Below the pieces are notes generated by a model. That model saw nothing but the letters and a program-made list of their open reading frames with translations, made no database searches and had not been told where the DNA came from. A program made the position numbers and the translations under genes. From an uncultured Dehalococcoidales bacterium (lineage in GTDB: Bacteria; Chloroflexota; Dehalococcoidia; Dehalococcoidales; UBA2162), in assembly GCA_964453525.1 (NCBI GenBank), contig CAYVOV010000023.1:262-64261 (forward strand): a DNA stretch of 64,000 nt, read 5' to 3'. Of the stretch, positions 7,043 to 16,968 are shown in pieces (within the stretch, counting starts at the first letter, position 1; each line of letters starts with the position of its first letter).

Positions 7043-8040
7043 AAGCGGTATTTCTCCGTTATAGCTTCCTGGTATGCCCGTTTTATCAGATCATTGCCGG
7101 CGAAGGCGGAGACAAGCATCAACAGGGTTGACCTCGGCAGGTGGAAGTTCGTTATCATGGCATCTACCACCCGGAACCTGTACCCGGGCAGGATGAAAAG
7201 GTCTATCCAGCCTTCGAACGGCCGTATCTCAGCAGTATTATTCGCCTGAGCTGCCGTCTCGACAAGCCTGACCGAGGTGGTACCGACGCAGATGACACGC
7301 CGTCCCTCCGACCTTGCCAGTGACAGCTCCCCGGCGACTTCCCTGCTCAATACACCGTATTCCCGGTGTATTTGATGCTGCTGCGGGTCTTCCTCACGCA
7401 CCGGGCGGAAGGTGTCCAGTCCGACATGGAGCGTGGTGAAAAGGCATTTTACTCCTTTTGTTCTGATTTGACTCAGGAGTTCCGGCGTGAAGTGAAGCCC
7501 GGCGGTAGGCGCGGCGACGCTGCCGGCAACGTCGGCATAAACGGTTTGATAGCGTTCCGGGTTCTCAAGCGGGACATGGATGTAAGGAGGCAGGGCTATT
7601 TCACCGACCTTAAAGAGCGGCTTTTCATCGGAGAATCGGAGCAGCCGGATTCCCCCTTCGCCAATCCCGATTGCCTCGGCAGTGACTCGTGAATCACTTC
7701 CATCACGGGATATTTCAATTACAGCGCCGGCTTTAACGCGTCTGGCAGGTTTGACAAGGGCTTCCCAGGCATCACGACGCTGCCGGCGCAGCAGCAGGAT
7801 TTCCAGCTTCCCTCCACTCTCAGCCTGTTTCCCTTTAAGGCGGGCGGGAATGACCCGGCTGTTATTGAAGACTAGGACATCACCTTCGCGGAGAAATTCA
7901 ACCACTTCATAGAACCTGCGGTGCTCAAATGACCCATCTGCGCGGTTAATCACCAGTAGCCGTGATTGCGTCCTCGGCTCAACCGGAGTCTGAGCGATAA
8001 GCTCCGGTGGTATAAAATAATCAAAATCGCTGGTTTTCAT
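7009..8040 (-). CDS. queA: S-adenosylmethionine:tRNA ribosyltransferase-isomerase
   Basis: MKTSDFDYFIPPELIAQTPVEPR, ...GLHFTPELL..., C-terminus RFYSFGDAMLVL. The ORF extends to 8049; the ATG at 8040 matches the usual QueA N-terminus. Confidence 0.9.
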   Translation of the reverse strand: MKTSDFDYFIPPELIAQTPVEPRTQSRLLVINRADGSFEHRRFYEVVEFLREGDVLVFNNSRVIPARLKGKQAESGGKLEILLLRRQRRDAWEALVKPARRVKAGAVIEISRDGSDSRVTAEAIGIGEGGIRLLRFSDEKPLFKVGEIALPPYIHVPLENPERYQTVYADVAGSVAAPTAGLHFTPELLSQIRTKGVKCLFTTLHVGLDTFRPVREEDPQQHQIHREYGVLSREVAGELSLARSEGRRVICVGTTSVRLVETAAQANNTAEIRPFEGWIDLFILPGYRFRVVDAMITNFHLPRSTLLMLVSAFAGNDLIKRAYQEAITEKYRFYSFGDAMLVL

Positions 8041-8060
8041 GGGAAGCATCTAATTTCCCG

Positions 8061-8489
8061 TTATGCCGGTCTATTATAATAGAGAGGCGCCATTAAGATA
8101 TCCGAAAATACAATCGGTTTATCTACTCTTTTAAAGTTGAGCGGGCAGTGTACCAGCCCCTTTGGGACGTAGACGAATGTGGTAGTGGTGATTATATGTT
8201 TTTCCCTTTCCTCTCCTAAATACAGTTCTACCTCCGCCCCGAAATCCTTATAGTCCATCGGATTTGCTCCTATAAAACAGAGAATTTCATCCTGGTCATG
8301 CACGTGCCCTTCTTTAGCCATAAGAAAGGGCGAATAAATTGCCTCCATTGTAATACTGAAAGGAGGGCTGCCCCACTCTTCTACCACGGACTCCTGTCCG
8401 ATGCGTATCACCGGCACCTCAATCTCCGGATGGCGGGCTTTTCCCAGCGGCTCTCTAAGGATATATTTGCCATACTTTGTCTCTGCCAT
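8061..8489 (-). CDS. Cupin-fold protein, function unknown
   Basis: ATG at 8489 with AAAGGAGAAGG SD. GHVHDQDEILCF...YVPKGLVHCP resembles cupin motifs. Confidence 0.5.
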   Translation of the reverse strand: MAETKYGKYILREPLGKARHPEIEVPVIRIGQESVVEEWGSPPFSITMEAIYSPFLMAKEGHVHDQDEILCFIGANPMDYKDFGAEVELYLGEEREKHIITTTTFVYVPKGLVHCPLNFKRVDKPIVFSDILMAPLYYNRPA

Positions 8490-8591
8490 TATACTACCTT
8501 CTCCTTTCACTGAACGGTCTGTGGAAATGAGAGGAACCGTCAGGATGAACCGGCTCACGCGTTGATAGTACTTCCCTGATAGACTGGTGTC

Positions 8592-8627
8592 AAGAAAAAG
8601 AAGGGGGCGAGGTTTAACCTCGCCCCC
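8592..8627 (-). terminator. Rho-independent terminator of hsp20
   Basis: GGGGGCGAGG (8603-8612) / CCTCGCCCCC (8618-8627) with a T-rich tract on the minus strand (8592-8602). Confidence 0.6.
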
Positions 8628-8648
8628 TTTCCCGCAGCCACCACACCA

Positions 8649-9116
8649 TCACTTGGCTTTAATTTCTATACGTTTTTTCCCGGCCTCCTCAGCTTTGGGG
8701 AGTCTCATTTCCAGCAGTCCGTTCTTAAAAGTGGCTGAAATGTTTTCCTCATCAACCGGGAAAGGCATTGTCATTCTTCGTACGAACTGCCCGAAGTGAC
8801 GCTCTGAAATATAATGGTCTGAGTCCTCTTTCACTTCTTCCTGTTTTTTCTCAGCCTTAATTGTCAGCACGTCACCTTCAAGACTGATATCCAGGTCTTT
8901 CTTCTTTATTCCCGGCAGCTCCGCCTTGACTACAAGGTCATCCTCCTCCCGGTAAACATCCAGGCTGTGAGCAATGCTGGAATCGAAGGTAGTCCGCCTG
9001 CCATTAAATATCTCTCTGGCCATCTGCTCAACTTCATCAAGGAGACTGAACGGATGCGCCACAGGCTCAAACCGGACCAATGCCCTTGCCGGATTTCTTC
9101 TGATAATTGTCGTCAT
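8649..9116 (-). CDS. Hsp20/alpha-crystallin small heat-shock protein
   Basis: ATG at 9116 with GAAAGGAGG SD. DVYREEDDLVVKAELPGIKKKDLDISLEGDVLTIKAE...GLLEMRLPK is a typical ACD. Confidence 0.85.
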   Translation of the reverse strand: MTTIIRRNPARALVRFEPVAHPFSLLDEVEQMAREIFNGRRTTFDSSIAHSLDVYREEDDLVVKAELPGIKKKDLDISLEGDVLTIKAEKKQEEVKEDSDHYISERHFGQFVRRMTMPFPVDEENISATFKNGLLEMRLPKAEEAGKKRIEIKAK

Positions 9117-9209
9117 TTTGCCTCCTTTCTTTATGTTCATATTTTTGTTTATATTATAAGAAATTTCTCTGTCCGAGTCTGCGACTTATATCACAAATGT
9201 ACAACCAGT

Positions 9210-9404
9210 TTACCCTTCTTCAGTTCCTGGTTCCCTGTTTGGCTGCGTGTCACCGACGATGATCGGTTCCTTATACTCCTTTACGGGCTTCAACTCTTTT
9301 CTAAAAGAACACTGAAGGCACTGCTCATACCAGTTGTCCAGGTCTCTGTCAATGAGCAGGTCACCACCGCATCTTGGACAGCTCTTCAATCTCCATCTCA
9401 CCAT
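9210..9404 (-). CDS. Small zinc-ribbon protein (64 aa)
   Basis: CPRCGG...CLQC; ATG at 9404 with GAGGGGG SD 8 nt upstream. Confidence 0.45.
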   Translation of the reverse strand: MVRWRLKSCPRCGGDLLIDRDLDNWYEQCLQCSFRKELKPVKEYKEPIIVGDTQPNREPGTEEG

Positions 9405-9597
9405 ATCTGTCACCCCCTCTACATCAGGCCTATCTGGTATCAGGTTAATTCATTTTATATGGTGAAAATGGCAGTGTATGTGATTTAGGTCTCACAGTCA
9501 ACAGAACGGAAAACTGGAGAAAGAATAATACCCAAGAGGTTAGGTTTGAGGAAATCTATGGAGTAACTAAGCAGGCAGGTAAAGCGGTTATCGTCTC

Positions 9598-9813
9598 TTA
9601 TTTCTCTTCGATGACTACTTCAAAGGGGCAGGATATAGCCCTGGTCGGGCAGACAACCTCGCACTGGCAGCACCATCTTGTGCAGGCACTGCATTTGCTA
9701 CCTTCTATATAAACTGCAAGGCTATCTTTAATAGCCAGAGCATTACAGGTGCATACTTCCACGCAAAGTCCGCACCCATTACATTTTTGCGGATTTATTA
9801 CGACAAATGACAT
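9598..9813 (-). CDS. 4Fe-4S dicluster ferredoxin-like protein
   Basis: CNGCGLCVEVC and CSACTRWCCQCEVVCP Cys clusters. Confidence 0.7.
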   Translation of the reverse strand: MSFVVINPQKCNGCGLCVEVCTCNALAIKDSLAVYIEGSKCSACTRWCCQCEVVCPTRAISCPFEVVIEEK

Positions 9814-9872
9814 CCTTATTTACTCCATTTCAGTCTAGGCTTAATGTCAACTTTTAGTCTGTGACTTTTGTC

Positions 9873-10550
9873 TCAAAGAGACATCTCCACCCTGTCCCTG
9901 AGCGCCTCCTTATCAGTAATCACGATACGGTTGCGCTCCAGCCTGATTACTCCCTCATCTTCAAGGGTCTTAAGCGACCTGCCGACCACCTCACGGGCAG
10001 TGCCGGCCATAGCCGCCATATCCTGCTGGGTAAGGCGCGGTCCGTTTCCTGTGGAAGCTCCATCGCCGGTCTGCTGCAACAATATCCTGGCTACCCTGCC
10101 GATAACATGCCTGAAAGATAAATCTTCAACAAGTGAAACAAGCTCACGCACCTGCTCAGCCAGTACCTTTATTGTATTGGCTGCTATCTGCGGGTGAGTC
10201 TCCAGAAGGTCTTTCATATCACTTTTTCTCAGCTCATTGAGGATAACAGGCCCCATTGCCTGAACGCTGGCCGGATTGGTGCCGCCATCCAAAACAGGAA
10301 CATCATTAAACGACTCGCCGGGACGGATGATGCTGAGAATCTGTTCCTTACCCTCGGCTGAAGTCTTGAATACTTTCGCCGCTCCTGAGTGGATAAAATA
10401 CAGAGCATCCGCAGGGTCATCTTCATAGATAATTATCTCTCCGCGCTCGGCCTTCTTCTCAATAATGAGCTGCCCGATGGATTCAAGTTCTTCGAGGCCC
10501 AATCCACTAAAATACGGTATGGATTTTATAAAATCTATATCTATTGCCAC
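9873..10550 (-). CDS. Crp/Fnr-family transcriptional regulator
   Basis: cNMP-binding beta-barrel (YFIHSGAAKVFK...GESFND) plus C-terminal HTH (LTQQDMAAMAGTAREVVGRSLKTLEDEG). Confidence 0.85.
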   Translation of the reverse strand: MAIDIDFIKSIPYFSGLGLEELESIGQLIIEKKAERGEIIIYEDDPADALYFIHSGAAKVFKTSAEGKEQILSIIRPGESFNDVPVLDGGTNPASVQAMGPVILNELRKSDMKDLLETHPQIAANTIKVLAEQVRELVSLVEDLSFRHVIGRVARILLQQTGDGASTGNGPRLTQQDMAAMAGTAREVVGRSLKTLEDEGVIRLERNRIVITDKEALRDRVEMSL

Positions 10551-10655
10551 ATTTACTGTTCTTTCCTGGAATTCGATGACATAAGACAGGTGATTTATTG
10601 TATCACGACTTCAAGACATATGCTACTCCTGAGCCTGGAAAAAAATCGTAATCAG

Positions 10656-10673
10656 GTGTAATTTGTCTTACAC
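10656..10673. promoter_or_regulatory. CRP/FNR-like palindrome in a divergent intergenic region
   Basis: GTGTAA-N6-TTACAC (compare TGTGA-N6-TCACA), between the Crp-family gene and the CDF exporter. Confidence 0.3.
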
Positions 10674-10745
10674 CACAAACATTCGGTATTATTATGTTAG
10701 CAGAAGTGAGTATTATTTTAAAAGTTTTCAGAGTGGGACGAGAAA

Positions 10746-11693
10746 ATGCATGACCACAGAAGAGAAGCCGTACATGAGACCCATAACGGTCGCAACAGGT
10801 TGAAGATTGCCATTATCATTGTCGCCGTAATCATGATAGCCGAGGTAGTGGGCGGCATATTAAGCAATAGCTTAGCCCTGCTTGGCGATGCCGGACATAT
10901 GCTTGTGGATACCCTCGCTCTCGGGTTGAGCCTGTTCGCCGTAACCATTGCCGCAAAACCGGCAACTTCAAGTAAAACCTACGGATATCACCGTGTAGAA
11001 ATAATGGCAGCCCTGGCCAATGGCATCCTGCTGACTTTCGTCGCTGCCTATATATTTTATGAAGCTTACCAGAGGTTCTCTGAACAGCCTTCGATTCGCG
11101 TACCGCTGATGCTACTTGTAGCCGGTATCGGACTGGCAGCCAATCTGGCAGGCATTTTCTTGTTGAGAAAAGTAAGCCACGATAACCTTAATATAAAAGC
11201 CGCCTTCTGGCACATTCTAGGTGATTCCATATCTTCATTAGGTGTGATAGTCGGCGGCATACTAATCTCCGTTACCGGTCTGGTTATATTTGACCCGATT
11301 ATTGCCATTCTCATCGGCTGCATAATACTCTGGGGAGCAATACGTCTGGTTAGAGAATCGGTCGATATTCTACTCGAGGCGGTGCCGAAGCATATTAATA
11401 TTGAAGAAGTAATTGGAATGCTGAAGGGCATTAACGGAGTGGAGGAAGTCCACGACGTCCACATCTGGACTATTACCTCAGGCATATATGCCTTGAGCGC
11501 TCACTTGATTATTGAAGACCAGAGCGTCAGCAATAGCGCTGAAATTGTGGAGGCGGTAAATAGAGAGATACGCCAGCGTTTCAGCATCACCCACACGACG
11601 TTACAACTTGAGTGTGAGAGGTGTGAAAGTTGCCCGAGTGGCATTATCTGCCAGGTACAAAGAATTGGCGAGCAAATGGTGGAGCAGCAATAG
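10746..11693 (+). CDS. Cation diffusion facilitator (CzcD/ZitB-like) metal exporter
   Basis: Six TM helices, HMLVDTLAL and HILGDSISS motifs, C-terminal cytoplasmic domain VHDVHIWTITSG. Confidence 0.85.
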   Translation: MHDHRREAVHETHNGRNRLKIAIIIVAVIMIAEVVGGILSNSLALLGDAGHMLVDTLALGLSLFAVTIAAKPATSSKTYGYHRVEIMAALANGILLTFVAAYIFYEAYQRFSEQPSIRVPLMLLVAGIGLAANLAGIFLLRKVSHDNLNIKAAFWHILGDSISSLGVIVGGILISVTGLVIFDPIIAILIGCIILWGAIRLVRESVDILLEAVPKHINIEEVIGMLKGINGVEEVHDVHIWTITSGIYALSAHLIIEDQSVSNSAEIVEAVNREIRQRFSITHTTLQLECERCESCPSGIICQVQRIGEQMVEQQ

Positions 11694-11710
11694 CCTTTCT
11701 TTTTCCTCTT

Positions 11711-12235
11711 TTATCCCCTCATACTGTAGATACAGCCGCAGTAGTTCTGCCGGTATAGAGCCAGCTTTTCAGCAAGCTCTACCGAACGCTGGAACCCCGC
11801 TTTCTTCTTAAAGTCCCTTTCCAGAAATCTGTCTCCGCCGATTTCCTTACCCAACTGGTTAATCACCGCCGCCGGTTTATGGGGGCTTACCGTCAAGCTC
11901 GTGGTAAAAGCGTCCAGGTCTGAGTCAAGAAGGTAGAGCCATGTTTTATTCAGCCGGTGCCTGAAACAGACCTCACATCTCCTGCCGCCTTCAGGCTCGT
12001 CCTTTAATGACTCAGTCTCCTTTAACCATTCTTCTGGAGTATAGGAACCTGTTTCAAGGGGAAAACTCATTTTCTCGGCTACTTTTTGAACCGCTACAAG
12101 TCGCCTTTCGTATTCTTCCCGCGGATGGATGTTCGGATTGTAGAAGTAGCCGGTGACTTCGTGCCCTTCTGAAGTTAACCTCTCCACAACGCCGGCAGCG
12201 CAGACCCCGCAGCAGATATGCAGCAATAGTTTCAT
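11711..12235 (-). CDS. queH: Epoxyqueuosine reductase QueH (DUF208)
   Basis: LLLHICCGVCAAG, RRCEVCF, QNYCGCIYS signature cysteines. Confidence 0.8.
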   Translation of the reverse strand: MKLLLHICCGVCAAGVVERLTSEGHEVTGYFYNPNIHPREEYERRLVAVQKVAEKMSFPLETGSYTPEEWLKETESLKDEPEGGRRCEVCFRHRLNKTWLYLLDSDLDAFTTSLTVSPHKPAAVINQLGKEIGGDRFLERDFKKKAGFQRSVELAEKLALYRQNYCGCIYSMRG

Positions 12236-12888
12236 CAGAATGAAGTCTCCAGAATTCTGGCCGCTTCGGTGAAATCGGTCAGCTCAGTGTAATTAAGCTC
12301 GGGGTGCTGCTGGCAGTATTCAAGCAACTCAGCGGCAGCGAAGATATGGTGGCACTTTATCGCCGAAGCGATGTCCGAGACTCCGTTTCCCATGTATATT
12401 ACCCGATAGCCTTCTTTGAGAAACAGGTCCACGTATGCCTCCTTGAAACCGTCGTCCATCTGTACTCCGCCCGGTCCGATGTACCGGGCATCAAGGCCTC
12501 CGGGCAGAAAGCGGGTCTCGGCGGCGAGCACTTCAACATCTCCAAGGTCGATATTCCTTAAGACGTCCTTTATATAAAAGTCCAGGCCGTTGCTGATGAT
12601 GACAAAACGAAAGTTCTTTCTGCGGCAGGCAGCCACCAGCTCGGGAAGGCCGGGTCTGAGGTCCATAGTTCGGTGAGCAACCTCGAGCAGGCTTTCGCGG
12701 TCGGCTTTTACCATGGCAAAGGCTTGCGTGTTGAATCGACCGACCGATATTTTACCATCCCGGTACTCTTTCAGCATTGTTCGCCAGTCGCCTTCGGCAT
12801 AAGCCTCCAGCATCATAAAACTTACGTCTTTATCGGTAATCGTGCCATCGAAATCACACTGCACCACGGTCTTTATTGCCTCTGCCAA
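12235..12888 (-). CDS. HAD-IB family phosphatase (MtnX-like)
   Basis: DFDGTITDKD motif I, ISNG, GNGVSD; 1-nt overlap with the queH start. Confidence 0.7.
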   Translation of the reverse strand: MAEAIKTVVQCDFDGTITDKDVSFMMLEAYAEGDWRTMLKEYRDGKISVGRFNTQAFAMVKADRESLLEVAHRTMDLRPGLPELVAACRRKNFRFVIISNGLDFYIKDVLRNIDLGDVEVLAAETRFLPGGLDARYIGPGGVQMDDGFKEAYVDLFLKEGYRVIYMGNGVSDIASAIKCHHIFAAAELLEYCQQHPELNYTELTDFTEAARILETSF

Positions 12889-12935
12889 GTTAATAGCTAC
12901 CTCCTGATGCGTTATATTGTGGTTCTTTGCTTATA

Positions 12936-13126
12936 TGTCGTTGCGAGCCACGATGAAATCGTTTTCCTTATTTGTCGTTGCGAGCCCGCCAAAGGCGGGC
13001 GTGGCAATCACCGCGTTCGAAAGAGGAGATTGCCACGTCGTACGCCTCTGGCGTACTCCTCGTAATGACAGTTGTATTTGAGATTGCTTCGTCGTCCCGA
13101 CATAGTCGGGTCTCCTCGCAATGACA
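12936..13126. repeat. Array of hairpin repeat units, family B (GTCATTGCGAG.../...CTCGCAATGACA)
   Basis: Four units with conserved arms and variable palindromic cores. Unit 13026-13070 is 44/45 identical to the reverse complement of 18115-18159. Confidence 0.8.
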
Positions 13127-13134
13127 GTTCGGTT

Positions 13135-14715
13135 CTATTTCTCTCTATCGCGTAGCACTCTCCGCAGCATTTTCCCCACCGGTGTCTTGGGCACTTCATC
13201 AATGAATTCCACTTCCCGGATACGCTTGTATGGAGCGATTCTCCCGGCACAGAATTCTATAAGCTCTTCCTCCGTAACATGCTGTCCCGCCTTGAGCACG
13301 ACACAGGCTTTAGGTATCTCACCGGCCATTTCATCAGGCTTTCCTATCACGGCACACTCGCTGACGGCATCATGTTCGTAGAGAACGGCTTCAACCTCGG
13401 CAGGAGCGATTGTATAGCCCTTGTAATTTATCGTTTCCTTTTTCCTGTCTAGGATATGAAAGTAGCCATCCTCATCCATCATCGCCAGGTCGCCGGTATA
13501 AAGCCAGCCGTCGCGGAGAGCTTCCTGCGTATCTTCGGGGCGGTTGAGATATCCCTTCATTACCTGCGGTCCCCTGATTATGAGCTCACCGGACTGCCCC
13601 GGAGGCAGGTCAATCTCTCCGGTTTCCTCGTCAACGATGCGGGCGTCGGTATCAATGGTAGGTATGCCGATTGTCCCGGACTTTATTCTTTGCAGGGGAG
13701 AGTTATGGGTCTCCGGAGAAGCCTCACTGAGGCCATAACCGAGGACCATTTTTACGCCGGTTATCCGCTCCCATTTATCCCTTATTTCAGGCGGAATTGG
13801 CATTGCCCCATTCTTGACATAACGTAATGATGAAAGGTCATATTTACCCATTATCGGGCTGTTTACCAGCATGGTGAATAATGAGGCGGCACCGTACATT
13901 ACCGTCGCTTTCTCCTTCTCAATCGTTCCCAGCAGCAAATCGGCATCGAAGCGAGGTATTATTATCACCCTGGCACCGCTGTAGACAGGGGAATTAACGC
14001 AGGTGCTGCCTCCCCAGCTATGATAGAAGGGCAGCAGGCCGATAGCAATGTCCCGGTGACTCCAGCTGAACCAAGCGGCGTTCTGCATGGCATTTGCCAC
14101 CAGATTGTAATGGGTAAGCAGCACCCCTTTGGGGAGGCCGGTGGTTCCTCCGGTATAGACGATTGCTGCCACGTCATCCTTCGGTTTCACAGTGAATTCG
14201 GGAGGAGAGGGAGGATAGTCCTCAAGGATTTTCTTCAGAGGAACTATGTTATCTCCCGTTCCGGAATCAGCCAAGACTACTGTTTTAAGCATCGTACCTG
14301 TCCTTACCTCGTTGACAACCGGATATAGCTCGTTACCAGTGATGATAGCGGTGGCTCCGGTATCGGCAATCTGGTGTTTCAGTTCCGCCTGCCGGGAAAG
14401 CGGATTGACGGTGGTAACGGTGGCTCCGGCTTTCAGTATCCCGTAATATCCGATGACGAATTCGAGACTATTGCCCAGGAAGAGCAGCACCTTATCACCA
14501 ACGCTTACCCCGAGGTCATGAAGTCCGGCAGCAAGGCGAGCCGTCATTTCATCGAGCTCCCGGTAACTCAGGTTCCGTTCTCCCAGGCTGAAAGCGGTAC
14601 TGGCAGGCCACTTTTCCGCCGCCCGCGATAGCAGACCGGAAAGCGGTATCTCCAGATAGTCAAGTGTCTTAGGGACACCCTCCGGCCAGAAGTTAAACCA
14701 CGGTCTTTCCTGCAC
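13135..14715 (-). CDS. Long-chain/medium-chain acyl-CoA ligase (AMP-binding, FadD-like)
   Basis: IVYTGGTTGLPKGV AMP-binding motif, GYGLSE, YTGD, PKTPVGKMLRR. Confidence 0.85.
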   Translation of the reverse strand: MQERPWFNFWPEGVPKTLDYLEIPLSGLLSRAAEKWPASTAFSLGERNLSYRELDEMTARLAAGLHDLGVSVGDKVLLFLGNSLEFVIGYYGILKAGATVTTVNPLSRQAELKHQIADTGATAIITGNELYPVVNEVRTGTMLKTVVLADSGTGDNIVPLKKILEDYPPSPPEFTVKPKDDVAAIVYTGGTTGLPKGVLLTHYNLVANAMQNAAWFSWSHRDIAIGLLPFYHSWGGSTCVNSPVYSGARVIIIPRFDADLLLGTIEKEKATVMYGAASLFTMLVNSPIMGKYDLSSLRYVKNGAMPIPPEIRDKWERITGVKMVLGYGLSEASPETHNSPLQRIKSGTIGIPTIDTDARIVDEETGEIDLPPGQSGELIIRGPQVMKGYLNRPEDTQEALRDGWLYTGDLAMMDEDGYFHILDRKKETINYKGYTIAPAEVEAVLYEHDAVSECAVIGKPDEMAGEIPKACVVLKAGQHVTEEELIEFCAGRIAPYKRIREVEFIDEVPKTPVGKMLRRVLRDREK

Positions 14716-14828
14716 GATTTCCTTTCCCTCCGTTCCGATTTAAATCAGGCATCAAGCCCGGTAAGATTGTAGCATAAAGCAGCCTGTGTGTTGAAACTCA
14801 GAAGGGCAACACAGGTGATATTTCAGTA

Positions 14829-15605
14829 TCACCGCGCGGACTGGATACCGAAAAACTCAAGGGCATTGGCCGTAGTTGCTTCGGCAAGCTGAGCTTCATT
14901 AGTTTCCCTTAAGGCGGAAACGCCCTTCAGAACCCTCAGAATATCGGCTGGTCTCGATTCAAACTCGGCTTCGGTACCCTGTCTGTAGACCACCGGGCAG
15001 TCGGTCTCAAGCATCAGTCTTTCCAGGGGAATCTCTTTAATCGCCCGCCTGTGTTCTTCGTGGTATTCAACCGCCGGCGTGGCGGAGAGAAAATAGCCGC
15101 GGTCGATTATATCCCGCAGCACGCTGGAGGTGCCAGTATACCAGTGAAACACCGCTTTGTCAGGCTTCGCCTCGTTAACAAGGTCGAAGGCGTCACGCCA
15201 GGCGTACCGCGAATGTACCATCACCGGCTTTTTATGCTTCGCGGCTATTTCGAGCAACCGCCTGAGTACGTCTGCCTGCAATGGCTTATCCGCCTGCAGC
15301 CTCACCCGTTTATGGTAGTCAAGTCCCACCTCACCAATACCGATGACTTCATCAATATGAGCCTCGATGAACTTAAGGTCATGCTCGATATCAGCGCTTC
15401 CAATGTTCCAGGGATGCAGGCCCAGCGCCGGATAAACAAAACTTTTATACTGTCCGGCCAGTTCCAGTACTCTCTTATTGGACTCATTGTCCTGCCCGAC
15501 GGCGACGATGACAATAAGCCCGGCTTCCTTAGCCCGCGCAATTACGTCATCAATTCCCTCTATCTCATCGAGGTGAGCGTGAGTCTCAACAAGTCTGTAC
15601 ATCAT
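14829..15605 (-). CDS. tatD: TatD-family metal-dependent hydrolase
   Basis: VETHAHLD, GEVGLDYH, VMVHSR, ETDCP. The ATGATG start overlaps the MFS stop. Confidence 0.85.
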   Translation of the reverse strand: MMYRLVETHAHLDEIEGIDDVIARAKEAGLIVIVAVGQDNESNKRVLELAGQYKSFVYPALGLHPWNIGSADIEHDLKFIEAHIDEVIGIGEVGLDYHKRVRLQADKPLQADVLRRLLEIAAKHKKPVMVHSRYAWRDAFDLVNEAKPDKAVFHWYTGTSSVLRDIIDRGYFLSATPAVEYHEEHRRAIKEIPLERLMLETDCPVVYRQGTEAEFESRPADILRVLKGVSALRETNEAQLAEATTANALEFFGIQSAR

Positions 15606-16834
15606 GCCTCCGTTTTCCTCAGGAAGAATGTCAGGACACACGTCAGGATTCCCACGCCCGCCAGAATTGACGCACCCGGTATGAAAGAATCGGTAAAATC
15701 AACCATCACTCCCATCAGCAGGGGGCCGGTGAAGCCGCCAATCTCGGCAACGGAGAAGAATATACCTCCTGCCAGGCCCATGTTTTGCGAACCGACTCCC
15801 GGGTCGTCCATAATAACAAGCATCAGCATCGGTAACAGCACCGGGGTTGCCACTCCATAGAGCACCAGTCCGGCCAGTGTAACCCCATAGGAGGTTGAAG
15901 TCACTGCAATCATCAGGGCAGCCGCAGTAAAAACAACAAGCCCGCCGATGGCACGTCCCCGCAGGTGTCTTTTTATTATCCTCGGTAAAAAGAGGACGGT
16001 CGGGATTGCGGCAAGGACTGGAACCGAAGCCATGAACCCGGCCGTTTCCGGAGAATGTCCGCTGTTTTCGAGTATCTTCGGCAGCCAGTGGGAAAAGCCG
16101 TGTTCGATGAAAAGGGTCAGCAGTCCGGCAATTACAATTATCCTGACATTATGAGCCTTCATTAGTTTTATAAAGGTGTTTTTAAGACTCATCTTTTGCT
16201 CGTCCGCCACCTTTTTGATATCGCGGGCAAAAATTCCCCAGATTAAAGCGAAGGCAAGTACCAGGAGACTATAGCCAAGGAAAGTAAGTTTCCAGCTATA
16301 TCCGGTGAGTGGCATAACCAGACTATTGGTGGCGGCAAGACCAAACAGGCCGCCTATCCAGGGTGCTGTAGTGTAAATGCCCACTGCTATAGCCCGACCG
16401 TTCCCCTTGAACCACTCGGAAACAGTTTTCGGAGCGCCAATCGATATTAGCGGAGCGCCGATGCCGAACAGCGCCACCATTGGCAGCAGTGTAAGGAAGC
16501 CGGTAGCCAGATAGCGCAGTCCCACCGATAATGCCATGATTAACGCCCCGGCTAAAAGTGAGCGGCGTATTCCCCATTTATCGATTGCAGCACCGGCAAA
16601 AACGGCAACAGGTATATAGACAAGCTGCCAGGTGCCGAGTATAAATCCCATCTCCCCGTATGACATGTTCAGGTCCCGCAGCATCGGGGTTACCAGTGGC
16701 GGCATTGACCTCACGCTCAAGCCGAAAGAGGCGTATAAAAGCCAGACGGCAGCCAGAATTATCCAGCGGTAGTGACTCCGCTGAGGTTCCACGGAACCAC
16801 CTTCACCTGAGGGCAATGTGTTGAATGAAAACAT
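15602..16834 (-). CDS. MFS transporter
   Basis: 12 predicted TM helices, DKWGIRR loop motif. Confidence 0.8.
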   Translation of the reverse strand: MFSFNTLPSGEGGSVEPQRSHYRWIILAAVWLLYASFGLSVRSMPPLVTPMLRDLNMSYGEMGFILGTWQLVYIPVAVFAGAAIDKWGIRRSLLAGALIMALSVGLRYLATGFLTLLPMVALFGIGAPLISIGAPKTVSEWFKGNGRAIAVGIYTTAPWIGGLFGLAATNSLVMPLTGYSWKLTFLGYSLLVLAFALIWGIFARDIKKVADEQKMSLKNTFIKLMKAHNVRIIVIAGLLTLFIEHGFSHWLPKILENSGHSPETAGFMASVPVLAAIPTVLFLPRIIKRHLRGRAIGGLVVFTAAALMIAVTSTSYGVTLAGLVLYGVATPVLLPMLMLVIMDDPGVGSQNMGLAGGIFFSVAEIGGFTGPLLMGVMVDFTDSFIPGASILAGVGILTCVLTFFLRKTEA

Positions 16835-16968
16835 AAGTTACGAATATCTATTAATTACTACCGATTGTATCATCGAGACCGAATACCAGCAACAAGCACT
16901 ACCGTGTACCAGTGTATCCTTTTTGTACAACCCTGTCCCCCTGTATTCCCTCTTCTCCTTTAAAGGGA

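Noticed and set aside
12936-13126. Possibility that the repeat arrays (12936-13126, 18115-18213, 55036-55226) are CRISPR arrays
   Set aside because: The units are individually palindromic with variable cores, they vary in orientation, and they have no constant repeat/spacer periodicity. No cas genes are in the window.
12673-13250. ORFs 12673-13065 (+) and 13008-13250 (-), and likewise 55010-55210 and 55207-55398
   Set aside because: They are composed of family B hairpin units (translations such as RLPRRPDSIGTPRNDN, VIASEAKQS). These are classic repeat-derived pseudo-ORFs.
15051-15860. 269-aa ORF on the plus strand
   Set aside because: It is antisense to tatD and the MFS 3' end, which carry clear family motifs. 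Its own translation has no motif and is rich in R/P/G, as is typical of antisense frames in GC-rich coding DNA.
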